Origin: Sporopachydermia quercuum
Lineage: Eukaryota
DNA: 64,000 nucleotides
Direction: 5' to 3'
Assembly: GCA_001599295.1 (NCBI GenBank)
Contig: BCGN01000008.1
Coordinates: forward strand, 372,001-436,000
The position numbers and the translations under genes were made by a program. Below are positions 56,807 to 64,000 of the stretch, piece after piece. How positions within the stretch are numbered: position 1 is the stretch's first letter; each line of letters opens with the position of its first letter. The notes below the pieces were generated by a model, which worked only from the letters and a program-made list of their open reading frames with translations, did no database searches and was not told the DNA's origin.

Positions 56807-58948
56807 ATGAGTTCTAGGGCCCTTCGACGTTTAACTAATAAGCTAGAAGTTGAGGATACTCCAGACCACTCCAATTCTGACCCTCATGCATCATCATCAG
56901 AAAATGAAGAAGTTGTTCGAAAGGTGAAAAAGCAAAATGCATTTGCATTATTGAATGCTGTTTCTGATGAGAGCGAAAGTGAAATTGAAAATGAGAGTGA
57001 TTTAGAAAACTCGGGACTGTCCAAAGAAACAAAACAACCTGCTAGAAATGTGTTCGCTCTACTGAATCCTGATGAAGAAAATGGAAGTGCTGACAATAGT
57101 GATGATGATTATGTTGATGCCAATGACCAAAATATTAGTAGTGATAATTTTGTAGATGCAAATGACTCTATTCATGGTAATGTTTTCACAGTGCTTTCTG
57201 TAGGAACTCAAGGGTCAAAGTCCAAGAAGAAGAAGAACAAAAAGAAGAGAAATTCTGGCCAAAGGAAAAATACCAATGAATCAACAAGCAGTTNTTCACT
57301 ACCACAAACTCCAGCTGATTTGCTGCCATTCATTGATACTTCATATAAAAACTTCAACAGCAAAGCTCTGAAAGCTTCCTACAATGTTTTATCTATTGAA
57401 AATCCTACAAGAGATTTGGACCCAGATTCCGAACTTCGGGCACTATTAGGAAATGTAACATTGGACCCACACGAAGAAGATGAAGCCAGAAGAATGCAGA
57501 GAAGGCATGGTTCTGACAACGAATACGATACTATTACTAGGGTTTCTGTTACTACAAGAGAACAGTTCAAAAAGATTGCATCGCGTATTAAGGGATGGGG
57601 AGGTAAAGATGGGAGAAGTTTACCCTACACTACCAGGAAACTTACCATAGCAAAAATTAATGAAAATATGCTTCCAACAACAGAAAAAAACATTGTCATG
57701 CAAGAAATTGGCACTGACTTTTCCTCAGGAATTGGAATAAAATACTTCAAATTCGTTATCAACTCTCCCAAAGAAAGAAGACTTGACAGACAATTCTATA
57801 AAGCAGTCACTATCACGTATGATCATCAAGCATTGATAAGGATTTTGTCACAAGATCCATATCATGTTTTATCATTAATTCAAATGTGTTCCATTTTGCT
57901 AAAGCAAGGAATGAGAACTGAAGGAAGAGAATTGCTAGAGAAAGCGTTATTTGTGTTCGATAGAGGGCTTAAAGCAAACTTCTCATTAACTGGGTTNAAA
58001 TCGAACTGCCGGCTCCCTTTTGAAGCTTGTATTCTCAATAGACAATTCTACCTTGCAATTTTCAAAATGATTGAGATGCTCACAATACAAGGAACCTTTT
58101 ACACTGCTCTTCAATACTGTAAACTGTTACTTAGCTTTGCTCCTGATCAAGATCCTTATGGCGTCAGATACTTTATAGATTTTTATGCCCTGATGGCTGA
58201 AGAATATAATTACTTAATTGATTTCGCAACAAGTCCATTACTTACTACATATGCTTCGTGGTATACTCCTAGTATTGCTTACTCGTTAGTGTTGGCTTAT
58301 TTACTGAAAATTGAAAAGGAGAATGCTGATCGTAACAAGTATGAAGAATTAGCTGAGAAGGCTTTGAATAAAGCGCTAACTACTTACCCTTGGACAGGTT
58401 TTGGACTGTTCCATACTTTGGGTGTCAATATTACTCTCTTCAGTCCTGAATTTATCGAATTGGCTGAGTATAACAATTGTCCATTACCGCAAGTACTTGC
58501 TTCTGAAGCTTATTTAGTTAGATGTAATGCTGTATGGAATAACAGTGAAAAAGCACTGCAGTTTCTTTTAAAGTATGGACTATCAATTACTGATTCACCA
58601 GTTTGGAAAAAGATTGTGTCTATTCAAGTGAAGGCGGCCAATAATGCCAGGCGAAACAAAATACCAGATAATCTTCTTCGTTATGCAATTTTATCTGGAG
58701 AAGCAAAGATCATGGCAAGAATTCCGGAAAACGTATGGAAAGAACAAGGTGGTTACGAGTTTGATCCTTTGCCACCAGACNCTGGTATTGAATTAGAAGA
58801 CTATGTCGATGATGACGGTGCTGATTATATGGAGGAAACATTATCTGATGAGGTTATCAGACAGCTTATAGCTGAAATGGAAAGAGTCCAACCAGACGGC
58901 ACCAGAAACGAGAACGAAAGACAGCAAGATGAAGAAGAGGCAATTTGA
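56807..58948 (+). CDS. RQC1: Ribosome quality control factor Rqc1 (TCF25 family)
   Basis: MSSRALRRL start, polybasic tract, PYHVLSL, LEKALFVFDR, NRQFYLAIF, DPYGVRYFIDFYA, FDPLPP. Confidence 0.94.
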   Translation: MSSRALRRLTNKLEVEDTPDHSNSDPHASSSENEEVVRKVKKQNAFALLNAVSDESESEIENESDLENSGLSKETKQPARNVFALLNPDEENGSADNSDDDYVDANDQNISSDNFVDANDSIHGNVFTVLSVGTQGSKSKKKKNKKKRNSGQRKNTNESTSSXSLPQTPADLLPFIDTSYKNFNSKALKASYNVLSIENPTRDLDPDSELRALLGNVTLDPHEEDEARRMQRRHGSDNEYDTITRVSVTTREQFKKIASRIKGWGGKDGRSLPYTTRKLTIAKINENMLPTTEKNIVMQEIGTDFSSGIGIKYFKFVINSPKERRLDRQFYKAVTITYDHQALIRILSQDPYHVLSLIQMCSILLKQGMRTEGRELLEKALFVFDRGLKANFSLTGXKSNCRLPFEACILNRQFYLAIFKMIEMLTIQGTFYTALQYCKLLLSFAPDQDPYGVRYFIDFYALMAEEYNYLIDFATSPLLTTYASWYTPSIAYSLVLAYLLKIEKENADRNKYEELAEKALNKALTTYPWTGFGLFHTLGVNITLFSPEFIELAEYNNCPLPQVLASEAYLVRCNAVWNNSEKALQFLLKYGLSITDSPVWKKIVSIQVKAANNARRNKIPDNLLRYAILSGEAKIMARIPENVWKEQGGYEFDPLPPDXGIELEDYVDDDGADYMEETLSDEVIRQLIAEMERVQPDGTRNENERQQDEEEAI

Positions 58949-59833
58949 GCTAGAATAGTCCGTATGTTTTGATTTGAAAGGTGTTTATTTAAGTACTTTG
59001 ATTATTATCTGTATTTAAGCTGACAATAACTGATTATTCCAGCTCCTACTCAAGGACGTTGGTGTGGATTTCTATTACTCTCAGAATGGGTTTCTGTATA
59101 GCTCACACTTGAACATCAAGACGGATTAATAAAGTAGTTGGAATGAGGTTTAAGGTTAATATAAATTACGAAACATGAGACAATGATTTGAATATCTAGT
59201 TCAACAGAAGATAAATATTAACATAGCAGGATGTTGTAGTTGCAAAATGTTTGTATTGATAAACCCTTGGGTCTGTGACTGTGTGTTCCCTTTAATCTCT
59301 AGCTTCATAGTAAAAATCTGGCTAAAAGAACCAAGTGTTTGCCATGTAGGATATATCTACTCGTAAGTCAAAGCTGCTCTTATATAATTCTTGTTAAATT
59401 ATGATATAACTTTTATTATTGAAATCAGCCATAAGTCCTATTTGATTTCAAATCCAATAAGAAAAGAGTGAAAGCTCGAAAAACTAAGAAGCATATGTTA
59501 AGAAAGAAGCAATTAATGTTCCCAAGAAACCGGCCCGAAATCTAAGTTGCTGCACTTGGAACCGGTTAGTAGTCCGGAACTAGTCTTGAACCGAACCGGA
59601 TACTCGGGTTTGTATACTACTAGTTCTTAACAAAGTATTTTCACTTCAAGCCTTCTCTCATTAATTCTCCTTCTATCTTTTTTTTCTTTATTCATAGCAT
59701 ATTAAAGCCATAACCAGATGATTAGAGGAACATTCACATTCTTGCGAGGTGGCTATCAAAATTGCATTATTGAGACCGGAAAGGTGAAACACTTTCACAT
59801 ACTTTCACATTCTTGTATTTATAGTGTATTTCA

Positions 59834-60931
59834 ATGACCTCACTTGGAGAGACTCAATTAACGGTAGATAGTAGCTCTTCTACTATGAAAACGACTACGC
59901 AACAACCATTATCAACAACCAAAAAATCATCTTGGCAAACAGTACCAAAACCTGTTAAGATTCTTTTTGACAAATTTCCTTTATATAAGTATCTTAATGA
60001 AACTTGTACAACGCCATCTGCCGCTCCTGTTTCTAATCTCAATTACACTCTATATGGCTACAGTCTTACAGAATTGAATGGTATACAACTATTTAGAGAC
60101 CCTGATGGAATTAAAGCACAGTTATTTCTACAAACCTTTCTGCAGCATCCAATTGAACTGAGAACGATTAGCTTCCATGCAGGGCCAAACGGAAAATTAC
60201 CTTTTCTACAGGAAAAAGCACTAGTAAGCAGCAGTAGCAGCAGCAGTGGAACTGTGAGAAGGAAACTATATACGGAAATTACCTCAATTCCAAACACTCT
60301 TCATCAAAGAAGTTCATATGAATCGATAATTCTTAATTTACTTGAAACATCTATAAATGATGCTTGGGTTCTTTCAGTTCTATCAGCACCAATCGAAATA
60401 ATAATACAAGTGTACCCATTGTTCCCTAATGAAGGTAATTTGAGCAACAATAAAGGAGTCGAGAAAATGCTAGAAACAATGGTGCTCAGTAATATCAAAA
60501 AGGCTCTTGTTGAGCTAAATGGGTTTGCATTGAGATACTCAGAGCTTGCAAGCTCTTTAACGGATGAATGGTTTGATTGGAAATCATGGAGTTCGATAAT
60601 AGCAAGAAAATGGGGTAAAAAATCAGCAGAGCATTTGTTGGATAATATCGAGAGTATATACAGTGAAGCTGAAGAAAGTATCAAAAGTTTGAATGATATT
60701 CTGCAGCAAGGAAAAGATGATAGCGGTGTGGGTTTTCTCAGCTACAGGAGCACCGATAATAATACAATTGCCAGTAAACAGCCCGGATTACTCGATTTCG
60801 GTTTGTTTGGATATTTGTTTGCTACCCAAACATTCTTGTCGGAAAGCAGATTAGCTGAATTGTTTAGACAGTATCCAATTTTTGAGCTGTTGGCTGATCA
60901 GATAATTGACTCGATTAAGAGATCTCAATGA
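59834..60931 (+). CDS. SAM35: Mitochondrial SAM complex subunit Sam35 (metaxin-like)
   Basis: VPKPVKILFDKFPLYKY N-terminal signature, HAGPNGKLPFL, GST-C-like PGLLDFGLFGY. Confidence 0.85.
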   Translation: MTSLGETQLTVDSSSSTMKTTTQQPLSTTKKSSWQTVPKPVKILFDKFPLYKYLNETCTTPSAAPVSNLNYTLYGYSLTELNGIQLFRDPDGIKAQLFLQTFLQHPIELRTISFHAGPNGKLPFLQEKALVSSSSSSSGTVRRKLYTEITSIPNTLHQRSSYESIILNLLETSINDAWVLSVLSAPIEIIIQVYPLFPNEGNLSNNKGVEKMLETMVLSNIKKALVELNGFALRYSELASSLTDEWFDWKSWSSIIARKWGKKSAEHLLDNIESIYSEAEESIKSLNDILQQGKDDSGVGFLSYRSTDNNTIASKQPGLLDFGLFGYLFATQTFLSESRLAELFRQYPIFELLADQIIDSIKRSQ

Positions 60932-61636
60932 TTATACTTGTATATATAAGAATGAGAATTTCCCCTTACGGGTGTTTGATAACCTTTACTGGGGGAAACT
61001 AGTTTACACCGTCTATCATCTAGCACCAGTAGATGGAAAATAGAACAGGAGTACATCATGAATTGTAAAGTAGGGCGTGAAAAGCATACGCTAATACAAC
61101 ATTGCAATTGGATTTTCAGTAAGACCACCATTACAAGAACATCGAGGATATAACATAAAATACCACAGTTATTTTGTTAGCCATCTTACCTTTTTGCTTT
61201 CGTTTTATTTTTATTACTACTCCATATGGTTTACTCATAGCTTGTTTAATATGCCTTTATTGGCTTCAATAGTATTAAATATTCTCAACAATGAACATGC
61301 GAGCACAAGCAGACACAAAAATCACAGAATGAAAGAGCTGTCATCACTTATGAACTTCCTAGTTTCCAGCGCTCATTATTTGGTAATCAACAACGTTTCA
61401 TACTTTTTTATCGAAAATACACTCATCAAGAAATAACTCAAAATATATCGGCATAGTTCTTTTCAGTAGAATAAGCAAATCAAATTATCGTCATCAGAAA
61501 ACTACATCAAACCCAGGTTTAAATCCAACCGATTTTCCAGTAATATTGAAAAAAGGCAGGAAGGTATAGTACTTTCAACTTACATTTGAACGACCCTCAC
61601 TAGTAGTTATAACTACGAAGAACAATAGCAATCAAC

Positions 61637-61687
61637 ATAAATAATAAATCATAAATCATAATAAATCATAAATCATAAATCATAAAT
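61637..61687. repeat. AT-rich 7-nt tandem repeat (ATAAATC)n downstream of the BVMO stop
   Basis: About 6 copies of ataaatc with short ata insertions. Confidence 0.8.
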
Positions 61688-61746
61688 ATCCAAGTAATAA
61701 ATAGTCCAGCAAAACTTCAAGTCTAATGATTTCTCAAACACTCTAT

Positions 61747-63381
61747 CTACTCAACAATGAATCCTTGGAAATTATTGTTATAGCTATTCTCCAATAGCTC
61801 AGAGTACTTTGGAATACCAGCAGTAAAATTCAGTGATTCCACAGTCTTNCCAGGAATGTTTGCTCCCATATACCATGATTTTGCTAAAGGCAACAGTGTC
61901 TTATTACACTCATCATTAACAAACTTAGCGAAATCATGTTCAGCATCCTCCNTGGCAACAATGCGACTTTTTCCATGGCGCTGCAAAGTTTTGATTACCT
62001 TCATAATCCATTGAACTTGAACTTCAATACATGATGGGCCATTAGAAAAGGCTGTTGGAGCTTGAGGTCCATATGTATAGAACATATTGGGGAAATCAGC
62101 AATTGTACANCCTAAGTATGTCAAAGTACGATCTTTCCATTTATCACTAATATTCAATCCATTTAAGCCTTGGATATCCATTTGCTTCAACGATCCGGTT
62201 ACTGCATCATAACCAGTAGCCAGTATAATGACATCAAATTCGTAGTCGCCATCTTTAGTTCTGATTCCTTTTTCAGTAAATTCAACAATTGGATTTCTAT
62301 TAACATCAACCAATTCAACATTATCTTGATTGAAAATTTCATAATAGCTTTGTTCCAATGATACTCGTTTACACCCCCAAGGATGGGGTGGAATATCAGG
62401 AGCAAGAATTTCGGCAACTTTTGGATCTTTAATTCTCTGACGAGTTTTGTTCTTCCAAAATTGGTATATAATATCATTGGCTTCTTTGTTACTAGTTGCA
62501 TCTCTGTAAGTTCCCAACCAGAACCTGAAACCTCCGCCATTATATAGGGAGCTGAGGAACTCTTCTCGTTCTTCTTGTGTATCATCGAACAACGATTTGG
62601 GGGAATAGGAATATTGAAATCCGGCATAAGTAAACATACGCAAGTTCATCAAAGCTGCCGTAACATTAGGGAAAGCGTGTGTATAGTCTTGCTTATCAAA
62701 TTTCTGTTGTTTCATCGGCAATGCCATATTTGGTGTTCTTTGGAAAACAGTCAATCTTTCAACTTCAGGAGCTGAATCCTGAGCTGCTTGAACTCCTGAC
62801 GCTCCTGTACCAATAACCGCTACTTTTTTACCTTTCAAATCAACACCCTCTTCTGGCCAGCGACAAGTGTGATGCATAATCCCTTTAAACTTATCCAAAT
62901 TCTTATAATTAGGAACATATTTCTTTGAAGCAAATCCAACACATGGCAAAAAGTAGGAAGAAATAATATGATCACCCTTATCCGTAAAAACGTTCCATTT
63001 ATCAGTTTCTTCATCAAAAATTGCATGAGTTACTGTTGTTTCAAGTTGAATATCTTTATTAAGGTCTAGCTTTTTGCCAACGAATTCGAAGTAACGTTGG
63101 ATTTCTTGCCAACCGGGGTATTCTTCTGACCACTGCCACTCTTTGTAAAGCTCTGGATTGGCCCATTCATAAATAGGAGCTGCTGAATCAACTCTTGCCC
63201 CAGGATAAGAATTCCAGTACCAAGTGCCACCTAATTTTCTTGCGTTATCGAAAACAATTGATGTGAGACCTATTTTCCTTAGCTCATGAAGAAAATATAA
63301 TCCTGAAAAGCCTGCCCCAACAATAGCAACATCTAATTCAATAGGAGGATTGTACTTTCTATCACTTGGAATTTCAATCAT
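61747..63381 (-). CDS. Type I Baeyer-Villiger monooxygenase (cyclopentanone/cycloalkanone monooxygenase-like)
   Basis: Two Rossmann motifs (VGAGFSG, IGTGASG), GGTWYWNSYPGARVD, BVMO fingerprint FKGIMHHTCRWP (FxGxxxHxxxWP), catalytic Arg region GCKR, ATGYD. Confidence 0.94.
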   Translation of the reverse strand: MIEIPSDRKYNPPIELDVAIVGAGFSGLYFLHELRKIGLTSIVFDNARKLGGTWYWNSYPGARVDSAAPIYEWANPELYKEWQWSEEYPGWQEIQRYFEFVGKKLDLNKDIQLETTVTHAIFDEETDKWNVFTDKGDHIISSYFLPCVGFASKKYVPNYKNLDKFKGIMHHTCRWPEEGVDLKGKKVAVIGTGASGVQAAQDSAPEVERLTVFQRTPNMALPMKQQKFDKQDYTHAFPNVTAALMNLRMFTYAGFQYSYSPKSLFDDTQEEREEFLSSLYNGGGFRFWLGTYRDATSNKEANDIIYQFWKNKTRQRIKDPKVAEILAPDIPPHPWGCKRVSLEQSYYEIFNQDNVELVDVNRNPIVEFTEKGIRTKDGDYEFDVIILATGYDAVTGSLKQMDIQGLNGLNISDKWKDRTLTYLXCTIADFPNMFYTYGPQAPTAFSNGPSCIEVQVQWIMKVIKTLQRHGKSRIVAXEDAEHDFAKFVNDECNKTLLPLAKSWYMGANIPXKTVESLNFTAGIPKYSELLENSYNNNFQGFIVE

Positions 63382-63824
63382 TAGAGCTAATATCGTATCA
63401 GAGTTCTAATATGGATTAATGGAATAGTATATTTGTATTGTAAATATCTAACAAATAATTGATGGGGAACAAAGATTGACCTAGTCACAATTAGCAATCT
63501 GAACTATACACAGTATCAGATACATATTTTTGGAAAATTGATACATCATTTAATATGGAAATATACGGTCTTTTTATACCAGAATAAAGCAAAGATGGGG
63601 TTTATTATCGTTGAACCCTGATGTTAATACTTTAATTCGTTATCTACATTATCAACCATATAGAGGAACTTTTCGGACTTAGGGCCCTAAAGTAACACCC
63701 ATAATAAATAGTGCAGACTGTTCGGTGTAAAAAGCAGCATACAAATAACAAAAGAGTAGTAAGTAGTAGAAGTCAATTGCAAGACCGAAGAACAGTGGTG
63801 GTTAGTGATTCGAATTAAACTTTA

Positions 63825-63839
63825 CCCCGGATTATTAAA
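63825..63839 (-). promoter_or_regulatory. Mig1/CreA-type glucose repression site upstream of the BVMO
   Basis: Minus strand TTTAATAATCCGGGG = AT box plus SYGGGG, about 445 bp upstream of the ATG. Confidence 0.35.
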
Positions 63840-64000
63840 GGGTCAAAGTGATTAGGTTTAAAGAGATAAACCTTAAACTTAGCAATATCAATTTGGGGGT
63901 AAGTGATTATGAATGAGGCAAAGGAAACACGGGAGGTTGCAACAAAGAATAGTTTGTCTTATGAACCGTAAAAGTATGAAACAGTGAGATTAGAATGACT

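Noticed and set aside
61637..61687. Tandem repeat as CRISPR or telomeric repeat
   Set aside because: Simple 7-mer repeat with no spacers, internal to a eukaryotic chromosome.

Overview
Nuclear DNA of a budding yeast (Saccharomycotina): AT-rich, few introns, GTAAGT/GTATGT donors, TACTAAC-type branch points close to the acceptor. CTG sits at conserved Leu positions, so the code appears standard. About 20 protein genes: 3' end of a SOU1-like short-chain dehydrogenase, BUD21, a DUF2439 protein, a Zn2Cys6 factor, a FUR4/DAL4-type NCS1 permease, an F-box protein, RAD26, a group II PLP acidic-amino-acid decarboxylase, PET191, RAV1, an orphan membrane ORF, PRO3, ESF2, DSS1, a PDR ABC transporter, SDS23/24, a BRR6/BRL1-family gene, IPI1, RQC1, SAM35 and a type I Baeyer-Villiger monooxygenase. 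Three spliced genes that the ORF track breaks or truncates were rebuilt by hand: PET191 (3 exons), IPI1 (2 exons) and the decarboxylase (3'-terminal intron). I could not support any tRNA, rRNA, CRISPR array or intact mobile element, and found no clearly new multi-gene system. Best leads: the complex leader and 6.7 kb upstream region of the Zn2Cys6 gene, the GADL1/CSAD-like decarboxylase, the CPMO-like BVMO, an orphan 2-TM ORF, a possible spliced non-coding transcript near 16.8 kb and a GATC cluster in the RAD26 promoter. Gene names come from recalled motifs, not database searches.
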